A DNA stretch of 49,254 bases, the filler included, from Catajapyx aquilonaris (lineage: Eukaryota), in assembly GCA_000934665.2 (NCBI GenBank). It is 3 parts of 3 records of this genome, joined end to end, with 100 filler letters (N's around TTAATTAATTAA, not from the genome) between each part and the next. Parts side by side here need not be neighbours in the genome. Positions count along the whole stretch, not along the records: positions 32,952 to 49,254 come from JYFJ02007236.1; 2 more parts are not named here. One strand, written 5' to 3'. The notes beneath the pieces are model-generated. The model saw only the letters and a program-made list of their open reading frames with translations. It was not told the DNA's origin and made no database searches. The position numbers were made by a program, and so were the translations under genes. This document shows, in pieces, positions 37,113-49,254 of this stretch (the first letter of the stretch is position 1; each line of letters begins with the position of its first letter).

Positions 37113-38049
37113 TAGGCACGTTCGGAAATGATTTACACTCCTTCTTTTTCCAGCTGAAGAAGTGGTCGTAGAAGTTCCATTATGACCCACTAGATGGAAC
37201 GAGTCTTCCTGAGTGTGCCACAAAAAATTGGACGCCATTCGTGACAGTTGCATCGTCACGGTGCCCGCCGAAAGTAGTGCCCGTAGCTCTCGTCATGGAC
37301 AACGTTGCAGGAGACTACCACGGGCAGAGGTGGACCACATGGTTTTTGTGGACGGAAGGAGTGGCAGCGACAGATATTCATCCTACCGGTGGACTGGCTG
37401 GAGAAGGGCAATACGATCAACAGCGAAAGGTACGATGTCACCTTCGTCGTCTGCATCGAAGGATCCAGCAACGCCGCAAAGGGAAGTGGGCTCGGAAGGT
37501 CTTGCTCCTTCACGATAACGCTCGCCCCCACACCAGCCGTGCAACGACATCTTTGCTGGAATAGCTGGGATACATCAACTTGAACCACCCACCATATTCC
37601 CCGGACCTGGCCCCGTCGCGTCGTACTATCGTGAAGGAGCAAGACCTTCCGCGCCCACTTCCCTTTGCGGCGTTGCTGGATCCTTCGATGCAGACGACGC
37701 GACGAAGGGTGACATCGCACCTTTCGCTGTTGATTGTATTGCCCTTCTCCAGCCAGTCCAGCACCAGCAGTAGGATGAATATCTGTCGCTGCCACTTCTT
37801 CCGTCCACAAAAACCATGAGGTCCACCGCTGCCCGTGGTAGTCTCCTGCAATGTTGTCCATGACGAGAGCTACGGGGACTACTTTCGGTGGGCACCGTGA
37901 CGATGCAACTGATACGAATGGCGTCCAATTTTTTGTGGCACACTCAGGAAGACTCGTTCCATCTAGTGGTAAATAATGGAACTTCTAGGCCCACTTCTTC
38001 AGCGGGAAACAGAAAGAGTGTAGCCTAAATCATTTCTGAACGTGCCGTA
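37113..38049. mobile_element. Mariner-derived foldback element
   Basis: Arms 37113-37517 / 37627-38049; + strand reads KVLLLHDNARPH...HPPYSPDLAPS (mariner motifs); TA at both ends. Confidence 0.85.
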
Positions 38050-38072
38050 ATTATGGCCATCCTCTTCACCTT

Positions 38073-39959
38073 TAGTCCGGGTGCGAAGGGGTTGAACTTT
38101 GCATTTTGTGACAAAAGTATGAAACTCGGTACACATGTTCTTTGGACACTTCTGATCATATCTGGACGTGGAGCCACGATGACCCACCCCGGTGAAGGTC
38201 CATTTCGCAGGGTTGCCATAACTACCAGATGCAGCATCCTTTAGGACCTTGTATTGGGTGACAAAAGCATGAAACTAGCCACAGCAATTGGTCTTTGGAC
38301 ACTTCTGAACATGTCTGGATGTGGGGCCATGATGACTGACCCCGCTGTGGGTCACTTGCAGGGTTACCAGATCTAACGGACCAAACATACATCTCTGCGA
38401 AGATCATGTGAATTGGGAGCTTGCATTCGGTGATAAAAACGTGAAACTCAGTACGGTAGTTCTTTGAACACATCTCAACATATCTGGACGTGGGGTCACG
38501 GTGGGTGATCCCTGGTGGCCTCGCCAGGGATCACTATCGCGGAGTTGCCAAATCGAACATGTGTTGCACACCTTTACATGAATATGGGCCTTGCATTCGG
38601 TGATGAAACACTGATAAAACATGAAACTCGCCCCAATTGGTCTTTGGACACGACTGAACATGTCTGGAAGTGAGACCACTATGGATGACCCCGCTGGGGG
38701 TCACTGCAGGGTTGCCAGATCTAATGGGCTCTCCAAGTCAACTATGTGAATAGTTTTATTTATTTATTATTTATTTATTTATTTACCCCTTGCTCAGGAC
38801 GTTTCGTCCTGTACTATGTGAATAGGGAGCTTGCATTCGGTGACAAAGCCATAAAACTAGGTACGTTAGTTCTTTGGACACTTCCGAACATATCTGGACG
38901 TGGATCCACGATGACCCACACCGAGGGAGGGCACTATCGCAGGGTTGCCATATCTAACAGAATGTGCAACATGTGTTTATATTTGAATAATGAGAACTTG
39001 CATTCGGTGGGTCATCGTGGCTCCACGTCCAGATATGTTCGGAAGTGTCCAAAGAACAATTCTACCAAGTTTCACGTCTTTGTCACCAAATGCAAGTCCC
39101 CTATTCAAACATAAACGCATGATGTACAGTCTGTTAGATTTGGCAACACCATGATAATGCTCTCCACCGGGGTGGGTCATCGTGGCCCCACGTCCAGATA
39201 TGTTCGGAAGTGTGCAAAGAACTATATTGTACCGAGTTTCACGTCTTTGTCACCGAATGCAAGCTCCCTATTCACATAGTTGACTTGGAGAGCCCATTAG
39301 ATCTGGCAACCCTGCGAGTGACCCCCAGCGGGGTCATCCATAGTGGCCTCACTTCCAGACATGTTTAGTCGTGTCCAAAGACCAATTGGGGCGAGTTTCA
39401 TGTTTTATCAGTGTTTTATCACCGAATGCAAGGCCCTTATTCATGTAAAGGTGTGCAACACATGTTCGATTTGGCAACTCCGCGATAGTGACCCCTGGCG
39501 AGGCCACCAGGGGTCACCCACCGTGACCCCACGTCCAGATATGTTGAGATGTGTTCAAAGAACTACCGTACTGAGTTTCACGTTTTTATCACCGAATGCA
39601 AGCTCCCAATTCACATGATCTTCGCAGAGATGTATGTTTGGTCCGTTAGATCTGGTAACCCTGCAAGTGACCCACAGCGGGGTCAGTCATCATGGCCCCA
39701 CATCCAGACATGTTCAGAAGTGTCCAAAGACCAATTGCTGTGGCTAGTTTCATGTTTTTGTCACCCAATACAAGGTCCTAAAGGATGCTGCATCTGGTAG
39801 TTATGGCAACCCTGCGAAATGGACCTTCACCGGGGTGGGTCATCGTGGCTCCACGTCCAGATATGATCAGAAGTGTCCAAAGCACAAGTGTACCGAGTTT
39901 CATACTTTTGTCACAAAATGCAAAGTTTGGGTCAAATTTGTCCCTTAGCACCTGGACTA
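38073..39959. mobile_element. 1.9-kb palindromic Academ-like non-autonomous element built of repeated subunits
   Basis: TAGTCC...GGACTA termini; left half inverted relative to right half around 39009; repeated unit ttgcattcggtga...tgaaact...tctttggacac...catatctggacgtgg; no clean TSD. Confidence 0.7.
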
Positions 39960-40419
39960 TTATATGATGTGCCTTAAAACTACCTTCATGCATGAGCTCA
40001 ACTCCTCATTAAATATTATGTAAAATTCTTCGTTATTTGTGCTTCCGATTTACTTTACGAGGCTATTTGTTGGAACCTAACCTCGTCGTAAAACGGGGAC
40101 TACCAGATGTACTTTACGGTACAGAACGTCGAGATGGACTTGGCTTGCGCAACGGGCACATACAGTATAGTACTGTACGGTAATAGAACTACTAGGCTAC
40201 ACTCCCTCCAAATGCAGTATTTAAAAATAAATCCAACCCCTGCTTTTGGTCAGCAATTTGTTCGGTGCTTCCTTCATGCAACAGTTACGAAACTATTACA
40301 TGTTCCAGATCAATAATAATTATTGTAGATGTGGATAATTACATCCATGTAACCATTAATTTGGTCCCCCCTAAATTAACATGCTGTAAATACCGTTGTA
40401 ATATTGTTTTTATTTGCAG

Positions 40420-40509
40420 CTTGGCATACACTCACACCTAATGAGACGTAGCTTCGTCTCCAACCTCAAGAACGGGGTGTATGAAGCAGAGCTACTGCCA
40501 GCAATAGAG
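40420..40509 (+). CDS. Exon of separase-like gene (in-frame ATG at 40441)
   Basis: Acceptor tttatttgcag, donor GAG|GTATGC, phase 0; MRRSFVSNLKNGVYEAELLPAIE. Confidence 0.65.
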
Positions 40510-42344
40510 GTATGCCTACTAGCAATAACTGGCCGGTTTATACCGTCATGTGACCAAATAAGCAAGGTGTTCAAGTATAATAGTCGCTTTAGTTAAAGAA
40601 TTTTTCGCTCGAAGCAGTTATTTTTTGTAGTTTGTTGAGCTCCGATCCAGGTGCCACATTATAGTGTACCGTATATCAACTGCTACATTCGACCACATGG
40701 GAATAATATCTTGGACACCTGGATTGGGGGGGGGGGGGGGGNGGGGGGCAAAAAGCTACATAAAATAACTACTGGTACTTCGGGCAATATTAGTTACAAC
40801 TAAAAAAGATCCATATAACTTACTTGGAACACCTTGCATATGGAGTATATGGAGTGGGACAGAACTCTAGGTCAAATCCCACCAGGGTACTCTTTGACCT
40901 GGTACAATTCTAAAATGTAGGGGTGATAAATAATGTCGAAAACCCAACTGTTACCGACATAAACGACGATTAACATGGGCCTCCATTCCTAATATGCACA
41001 AGCAACAATAAATTTCCAATGCAGCCGTCGGCAAGTAGATTGACCCCTCTGCACATGCAATATATTGTCGCCTAGAATATGAGCATGATAATGGTTATTG
41101 CATACGCATAATCGAATTTTTTAAGGTAGCCCCATGTGTCCAAGGGAAGTCAAAATAATGTCAATCGTCGTTAACACGCGCGCGTTTGAGTTTTCGACCT
41201 TTTCAGACTTGCATTGAGTCAATGCGTACCCTGGCGGAAGTCTGACCTGTAATTCTGACTGGCTGACCTGTATGCAAAGGCATTATAACTTGTATATTTT
41301 CTTGAGATCTGCAACAGTTGAAAATTCAAGAAATTATTGAAGCGCCTAAGTGCACATCAGCTTCACGAACTGCGCATACAAGTGACTCAGTTAGAGTGCA
41401 TTGATAAAAATAATAAAGAGAACATTGAAAAGGTGTTATAAACTCTGCTTGATCCACATTGATCAATATGGTTGTGCCACTTTTAGGCATTTTTTACTGG
41501 CCACTTGTTCAATTAATCAATGTTTCACTACTTTTTTCCTAAGTCAGGGGTGTAGAGGAACATGTCAGTGATAAAGATGATTATTCATAGAATCATGTGG
41601 TGATTTTATGAGCTCTCCCCCAATAAGCATTGTAACCAAGAAAGAGAGAGAGAGGGGGGGGGGGGAAGTCATGTGAGCCAAGCAAATTGTCTCACAATCA
41701 GTGAACCGTTTGAATCAGAACTCCAGGTCATCTGGCCACCAGTGTACTTTTTGGTCCAAAACTAAACTAAAATATCGAGACTTCAAGACGTCGCCAATGA
41801 ACGTTTGGGTGACTTTTACGTTGGACTTTGTCCACCCGCAATGCATCCTGTCCTGTAGGCCTAAGGTATGCAAAACTAAGCACCCCCTCCCCCCCCAATA
41901 GCATAGCTCGATTCATAAGTGTCGGTTATTGTCGTTAGCAATTAATATCTCGCCATTTATTACCTACACATTTTAGACTCGAAGACCTGAAATGCAAATG
42001 GATCAGTTTGGTAAGTTACGTGTTGGTTAAGATAGTTCTCGAAAGGTACCTTCTGATAGTCGAATCTGTTTTCTGCTAGAGAAATCAATTGCAACCGTCT
42101 AGAGCAGTGGTTCCCAACCTGGGGGGCGTGAGAGGATTTCAGGAGGGGCGTGAGGCCATGAGAAATAAGTAAAATAATGTAACATGTTTCCGCTTGGCTC
42201 TGCTGGAAATATGAAGGGACTGACTTTTCTCCTTGCTTGCATCCCATGTGCTTACACTATAGGAAGATCCCACTGTACTTTGTCAGCAACATTCACCTAA
42301 ACTTGTGTGACCTTGAACCCTCCCAAAAATTTCGCCTGCGGCGG

Positions 42345-42563
42345 GCTTTTTTCATTCACCGACTTTACTAATTTGCCTGTCCTGCGATGGGTTTTGAATG
42401 TGGGAGGAAACGGGAGAACCCCGCGAAAACCCACGCGAACACGGGGATAGCCCATAGAAACTCTATCTACATAAGCATCCTCTGTCCCATTCGGGAATCG
42501 AACTCGGGCCCTTAGAGGTGGAAGGAAGGCTGTAGAGCTAACCACTGTCACCGTGTCGCCCCC
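42345..42563 (-). mobile_element. SINE family C
   Basis: Reverse complement colinear with the 33813 copy; a more decayed copy lies at about 47330-47482. Confidence 0.8.
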
Positions 42564-42833
42564 TTATATTTGCTTAACTTTCGGATGTGTATGGAAAAGT
42601 CAAATGTATACAGTACCTTGTCGGTCTGTAAAGAACAAACTCTTGCTGCAAACCGTACAGTAAAAATGCAAGAAACTAAGAAAAACATTTTGAGCAGAAC
42701 TTGACATCCCTATATAAGCTATAATTCTTTGTACAGCGCCAGCATAAGCAACGGGCGCACTCTGCATAATATATATTATTGTGATTCACTAATTTTGTAA
42801 AAGAAAATAACATTCTGGTTGGTCTGGTTACAG

Positions 42834-43064
42834 GCATGGTTAAGCAACTCCGGGGAGGATATGGCTTTTGACATGTCACTACTAGACGCCCTCAGCAGCC
42901 AGGTGCCAACCAATCGGAACATGATGGAGTCATCTACTTTGGCAAAACTGGCGCACATATGCCTTGACAGGATCTTTAGAACGCAGAAGAAGATGCGTCT
43001 GAGAAGTTTCATGTCAAGTATTCAATACCACATAACTAAGATCGTCGCCTATCTCCAGGCCAAG
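42834..43064 (+). CDS. Exon of separase-like gene
   Basis: Acceptor ggttacag, 77 codons, GC donor AAG|GCAAGT, phase 0. Confidence 0.65.
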
Positions 43065-43748
43065 GCAAGTAATTTATATGCTGCACTATCCATACCCTAT
43101 CAACTTTATTATTATCGTGTAAACAAAAAATGAAAAAAATATTGGGCACCTAGATCAAGGCGCAACACGCTACAAAAAAATATAACAGGTTTGGGCGAAA
43201 TTTTCAATAACTAAAAGGACCCGCATACTTGGAATCATGCTTGGAACACACTACCTCGTACATAGCTTTACTTCACGGCACGCTTCACGGCTATGTCCGT
43301 AGAGTATAAGACAGGGGTTCTTAACCTGGGGTGCGACACAGGGCGGCTTGTGTTATCACTCAGCCAGGGAATAAACAATAAAGGGAAGTTGTCACTCTAA
43401 CATGGTGCGGTAAGCCTGTAACTTGCATAATTCACCATTTCTGGCTTTACAAAATGTATTCCCCATCCCAAGGGACTTCTAAGAACCAAAAATCTCTCCA
43501 ATAACACCTATATAATAGCTTCCTGGGGGTTTAAACAAGATTATTTGAACATGAACTTCTGGTTCCACACCATGAGGTTCTCTTTGCGTGTAAGTTATGT
43601 GGTTCAATTTGTGGTTGAAAAATTAAACATTCGACTTCTTCATCTGACGTTACTTTGTAGGGGGTTCGAGCATTGATAAAACATTCCCTAAGGGTGTGGG
43701 ACATAGAAAAGGCTAAGAACCCCTGGATAAGGGGTAGCCAACTAATAC

Positions 43749-43898
43749 GTACTATGGGGCTCAAACTGTTTTGGCCACTTTATCCTGGTCTTGAAGCAAC
43801 CCTTCACACACACACACACCTGCTCAACGTGGGGCCTGTGCGAAGGGTTGCTTCAAGACCAGGATAAAGTGACCAAAACAATTTGAGCCCCATAGTAC
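43749..43898. mobile_element. Hairpin MITE-like inverted repeat
   Basis: Arms of about 60 bp: gtactatggggctcaaa...gcaacccttc / gaagggttgc...tttgagccccatagtac. Confidence 0.65.
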
Positions 43899-43994
43899 AG
43901 TACGTATGCACTAATTTCAACATTATTGAATTTCCTTCACTTGAATGTCCTTGAATGTCTGTAAACCTCAAGATAATAGTCAGAATGACTTTAA

Positions 43995-44899
43995 CCCTTT
44001 GATGGCGGAGTTTTTGAGGGCTTGCATTACCCCAGGGCCTGAGTTTTTTTTTCCCTTTTCCGGAAATTTTATGACCTCACCGATTTTCTTCAAATTCGGT
44101 CCATTGGTAGCCCACACCAAGGGATGAAAAACGCACCTATAGTTAGTTAGTTACCTGATCAAAATGACCTCGTGACCCAATATTGAGGGGGGCAGAGGTC
44201 AAATCATAAAATTTCGACCTCACCGATAGGTAGGGCTGTGCGATATCCGAAATTGCTCATCGACTTTAGATACTCAAAAAACATCGCATCGAAGTCGATA
44301 TATCGAAAATCGAAAAACCGACATCGCAAAATATCGCAAACCGACATCGCGATATTTTGCGATGTCGGTTTGCGATATTTTCGATGTCGGTTCGATGTCG
44401 GTTTGCAATATTTTTCGATATTTTTCGATGTCGGTTTTTCGATTTTCGATATATCGACTTCGATTCGATATTTTTTGAGTATCGAAAGTCGATATGCAAT
44501 TTCGGATATCGCACAGCCCTACTCACCGATTTTCTTGAAATTCGGTGCATGGACATAATTATGTCCCCCTCCAATATGGGTCACAGGGTCATTTCGAGCA
44601 GGGAACTATAGGTGCGTTTGTCATCTCTTGGTGTGGGCTACCAATGGACCGAATTTCAAGAAAATCGGTGAGGTCGAAATTTTATGATTTGACCTCTGCC
44701 CCCTTCAAAATTGGGTCACAGGGTCATTTTGATCAGGTGACTATAGGTGCGTTTTTCATCCCTTGGGGTGGGCTACCAATGCACCGAATTTCAAGAAAAT
44801 CGGTGAGGTTGAAATTTTTTGAGTTGAAAAATGACCCAAGTTGGCAGGGCAAATCTCAGGACATCATATGATGTCCGTAGGCCCTCCAGCAATGTAAGG
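43995..44899. mobile_element. piggyBac-like element with internal repeats in both orientations
   Basis: TTAA|CCCT... at 43991 and ...AGG|TTAA at 44900; repeated units of about 140 bp containing cctcaccgattttcttNaaattcggt. Confidence 0.55.
44231..44521. mobile_element. hAT-type palindromic MITE
   Basis: TAGGGCTG...CAGCCCTA; 8-bp TSD CTCACCGA at 44219-44226 and 44522-44529 (an extra TAGG on the left). Confidence 0.8.
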
Positions 44900-46022
44900 T
44901 TAACATGAGACTGTAGACACTCCCTAGGGGTCAATAGTAATGTATGTGAATGCTGGCCTTCCTTTGCCACCAAGAAGAATATTCTTAAAGTTACATCACC
45001 AACCCCAATCTATTTGATTCCATGGCTATGTAAAACATTAGATGGTAGGAAAAGGACTAGTTTCTTTTGTAATCAAAGGGTGGCATTCAACTTGCACCAC
45101 TCGTACTTGTGATTTTTTCTGTTCTATAAAATAAGACCGGCAATATTATTATCATATCCTACAGGGATCAACACACAGGTTATTTAAAGACAGGAGCACA
45201 ACTGCTATTGTTTTATGCCATTTTTTGAGAGTCCCATTGTAAGGGCGCACAAACCTGGAATACATTGTTGTTGTTGTATTACAGCTAATGTGAGTGTATT
45301 TGATAACCTCTCAATGTTACTGTTGCAAAGTAACTATTTCGAAATAAGCCGCTTAGGGCCCAAAAAAAAATTGTTACAGAAACTGACACCTGAAATATAA
45401 CACTCGTATTAGCAGGAGAAATTTTTGTGTACTGGTACCCCCCCCCCCCCCCAAAAAAAACCCTGCTTGAGACTTTTTTACAAATAAGCCGTGACAAAAA
45501 ATGTAGGTAAACAAAAGGGATGTTTATTTTGGGTCATTTACTTGCCACATCTGAAGGTTAAGTAGGAGGGGTTGGCATAGGCGAGAAATGACTATTTGCC
45601 TTAGACGCTGTGTCTTCTTTTTGTGAAACAGGCTTTAGGGAAGTGGAAAGGCATAACTGTATCCCCACAGAGTGAATTCAGGTCACTTCCTCCACTGATA
45701 TCTTCCCGTTGGCAATGTCTTGGCTACAAAATATCTTCAAGCTCTGTGAGATTTGACTGTCAAGAGCAAGTCACCTGATCCCAATTGCCTAACATAGGGA
45801 AAGAAGAATACAGTGCTCCCTGTCTCCCTGTCTCCCAAATATTTGTCACTCAAAAGAAACAGTACCGGTAACGTATTCCTGCTGCTTAACAGGCGGAGGA
45901 GGAGATTGTTGTTATTGTTGTTAAGCACTTGATCACATATATTGTCACTACAGTCTATCGCCATGTATGGTGTATTACTGTATTTGGTAGATTTAAAAAT
46001 CAATTATCCTGTACTATTTCAG

Positions 46023-47079
46023 AATGAAAGTTACCTGGCATGCTGCGTGGGGTGCAACCTAGCTTATGTGACTTATATCAAAAGTGCATGGTTGCAAGAG
46101 CCAAAGATTTCCATCACTCAGGAGGCAATCTCCACACTCAGCAAGGCCTACTCAAGTCCCACTTTGAACCTCCTCATCGGGAATTCTGCATACCAATTCA
46201 TGGGCAGAACACCTGACCTCGTCTTCAAAATGTGCAGATCAATACTAATTCTTCACTGCAACTCAGTGTGGAGCAACCGAACACCTTGGCTGACTCTCGT
46301 TGATGACATCATAAAAGCATTTGGACGGCATACATTGGAACATCATTCTTTTGAAATTCTCAATTCCCTGGTGCGACTTGCCCTTGACACCGCCAAAAGA
46401 CTTATCCAAGGTGGCAGCTCCACCTCACGGGACTTGGCCATGTGGCTAGATGTGGCCATTCCAACATGGCTTAGCACTATGTTTCGAGTTTGTCCGATCC
46501 ATGAACCTGACTTGCTGCATTCGTTACAGAACACAGTCCAATTCAATCTGTTTCCCATAAGCCCCGCAATATTGGCATGTGGCATAGAAACAAGGCGTAT
46601 GGAGTTACAGTGCACCACTATATTTGATGCGATCTCTTTCTACAGAATTTTCCACCCCTTTTCCCTTCATCAAATGCTCATTGAAAATCCGTTGGTCTGG
46701 AAGAATCCTCAGTACAATGCTACTGCAGTGGCAATTGTTCAGAGCATCATGCAACATATGCTGGGTAATGCTCATGCAGCTCCGTTCATGCAAGTCAGTG
46801 GCGCCACCAAAAGGCTGTTGCTCCTGGTGTCACGCGCCATGAGCCTCCTCAGCCCTGCTGAGCCTGCCTGCAACGATTCCTCCAAACTGGAAGAAATTGA
46901 ATGGCATGTCCAAACCTCAAAGTCAATACTGGAAATGATTCTCATGGAAACAAATACAGAACACGTGTCATGGGAGTGTGTGGCCCTTTCTCTCATGTCA
47001 GCCTTCTATCAGATCCTCTTGTGGTTGCACGAAATTGAGCCTCACACCGATAAGCACGTGGAATTGTGTAAACTGATGA
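46023..47079 (+). CDS. Large exon of an alpha-helical protein, probably the separase N-terminal domain
   Basis: Acceptor tactatttcag in phase 0 with the upstream exons; about 352 open codons; probable donor A|GTAAGT at 47080 (otherwise stop at 47087). Confidence 0.75.
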
Positions 47080-48627
47080 GTAAGTAGAGGATATCATCTT
47101 TTTTGGACTAAAATAATTATGTTCTGACATTTGTAACTTTGTGGCTGGCAGAATCCATTTAACATCATGGATGAGGTCGGTTAGTTGGTTGGTCAAGCGA
47201 TCTGGCCCCAAAGGGCCTTAAAGGATATAATAGCCGCCGCACAATAGTAATCATCACCAAGCTACGACAGATCCAGAAAAGGAGGGCTCAAAGCAAGGGG
47301 AAGAGAGGTTATATGTACTGTAGAATGTGATAGAAACTGTAAAACTCCAAGAAACCCACACGAACATGTTAGGAACCTTTTGAAACTCTATCCACATGAG
47401 ATAATTATAAATCTGACCCATGCAGGGATCGAAAGCGGGAGCTCACAGTAGGTGAAAGACTGTGATGTTAGCTACTGCACCTCTCAACATGGTGGTTATC
47501 ATTACACTGGGGAACAAAAATAATTGTTTTTTCCTGATGCATGAGATTTTTCCACTGATTGTAAGTATTTTTTCAATGCTGATTTCACATCTGAAATCAG
47601 TTTTCCTCTACATGCTCTAGTTTTTATGCAATTTGAAACTTGTGATTTTTGGGGGGGAAAGGACACCCATTGCTATTTACACTGGGGATAGCTTTAGAAT
47701 TCAGCTTAGAGCTACCATATCAAGCTCGACTTGATGAAACAGTTCGTGAAGCCATTAATTACAGATGGTGGATGTTTTCAAGCATCACAATATGCATTAC
47801 AGTTTGAAAATCATCATCATCATCATCACCATCACGACATTTCCCTATAAGGGGTAGTCAGCGATGACGGGAACCACAAGCTAACCCAAAATATGAACTA
47901 AATTAAAACGTGTAAAAATAAACCTATAAATAACCTGTCCCGCCCCCCACCCCTGTCCATCTCAGACGACAAACACTCAATATTGAATTTAAATATTACA
48001 CTATACAACGCGGTACTTTGAGAAATCAAGTGTCCCACCCCCCTGGAAGAGGAATCAGCAACTATTAAATTCCTCCAAGTGACTGGAATATTCACCTCCA
48101 AATGACCAGAACACCCACAGGCCAGCGAGAAGAACCAGCATACGGAAATCCAAACTCGAACTCCAAGCGCTGTGCAGGACAGAGAGAGAGGCAGACACCC
48201 TTGCAAGCATGACTACCGGTGTCAACCTATGTATTACTGTGCAAGAGATATTTGCCAACCTTGTAGTTCTGCACAGCACCCAGAGCCCGAGTATGAACTT
48301 CCAGACGCCGACTCCTCCCACCAACCTGGAAACATTCTAGCCATTCGGAAGAATTCAATGGACACTGCCATTCCTCACAAACCCGTGAATATTCTACCCA
48401 TTAATTAACCTACGCCATTTACACCTATCCAAACAAACAACCATGGATTCCATGGTTACGCCTGGAATTGTTCTGCGAGTGAGTGACCAACGCTCCAGAA
48501 ATTTTCCTTTTTGGTCGTGAAGAGATGATCGGGAGAACCGCAAGTTAGTTTGAAAAAAGGTAAAAAAATATCGAAAAATCATGTCCCACTCTCAAAACCC
48601 TATCAGTTGAAAACTTGTAGACATATC

Positions 48628-49254
48628 TAAATGACTCGCTTTGCGAGGCGGGAGGGCTCCGCCCCCCCACACCCCCCCTTGGGGCTGCGCCCCAATTGGC
48701 GCGCCTTCGGCGCTACGCGTTCCCGCCCGGGCCTACCCAGCACCGCAAGAAAGGTGGAAATAATAACCTGGAGTTCGTCGTCAACGGAGTGACCTATGTT
48801 CCGCCTAATCCATCCGGTTACAGAACCCGTGACGTCACGGTCCACAAAGGTATCGAGTATGAGAATGCGCCCTAGCTGACGTATATGGTGAAAAAAGGAA
48901 AAGTGGGGTGGGGGCCAGGAGGAGTGGGTGTAACCATATGTGAGCTGAGAGGTCTCCGGAGATGAGGGTGAATGAGCCATTGTTCTTTCCCGGCTTAACG
49001 ACAACCAGATGTGGAGTGTGGAGGGTGCAAAAGTCGACTTTTGGCCATCTCGAAAACGGCTGGGAATTTTGGGGTTTTGAGGATTTTTGGACAATGTATG
49101 TCGACTGCAAAGAATCCAACGGAATTTCGACCACAGCTGTACGACCTCGGGAAGTGCGAAATCTTTTCCATCCTCCTATATCCTATATATCCTCCTCGGC
49201 GGGGGGCTTTATATATATTACTCGCTTTGCGAGGTGGGGGGGGCTCCGCCCCCC
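48628..49254 (-). repeat. Helitron-like interspersed repeat, tandemly arranged
   Basis: actcgctttgcgagg...ggctccgcccccc at 48634 and again at 49220, inverted at 1-22; unit ends in gctttatatatatt. Confidence 0.5.

Noticed and set aside
38795..38812. ggacgaaacgtcc (minus strand) as a hammerhead ribozyme
   Set aside because: No matching CUGAnGA core nearby; it is part of a short retro-insertion tail.
38073..39959. Regularly spaced repeats suggesting a CRISPR-like array
   Set aside because: Units are long, diverged and arranged as a palindrome with transposon termini; no unique spacers or cas genes; eukaryotic context.
32639..47087. Joining the cRHIM/pre-NACHT exons to the downstream + strand exons as one gene
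   Set aside because: An artificial linker separates them, and the downstream exons have no P-loop or LRR and resemble separase.
47900..48440. Possible LINE RT C-terminal remnant
   Set aside because: Too degenerate to support with any clear motif.

Overview
Repeat-rich animal genomic DNA, probably from an arthropod. The window is three contigs of about 16.3-16.4 kb joined by artificial 100-bp linkers (N44-TTAATTAATTAA-N44 at 16429-16528 and 32852-32951), so nothing should be linked across them. Host genes: an F-box/LRR exon (12745-13836, -); the 5' part of a gene encoding an acidic tract, a cRHIM-like amyloid motif and a pre-NACHT (NLR-type) segment, cut off by the contig end (29698-32851, +); and three spliced exons resembling the separase N-terminus (40420-47079, +). 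The rest is mostly mobile DNA: Academ-type, Transib-type, mariner, pogo, hAT, piggyBac and Helitron elements, a solo LTR, an RLE non-LTR element and three tRNA-derived SINE families. Best candidate for a new system: a putative NLR with a PGRP-LE/Imd-type amyloid signalling N-terminus and kappaB-like sites in its first intron. Second: a Transib-like element whose two ends are both near-canonical 23-RSS sequences.
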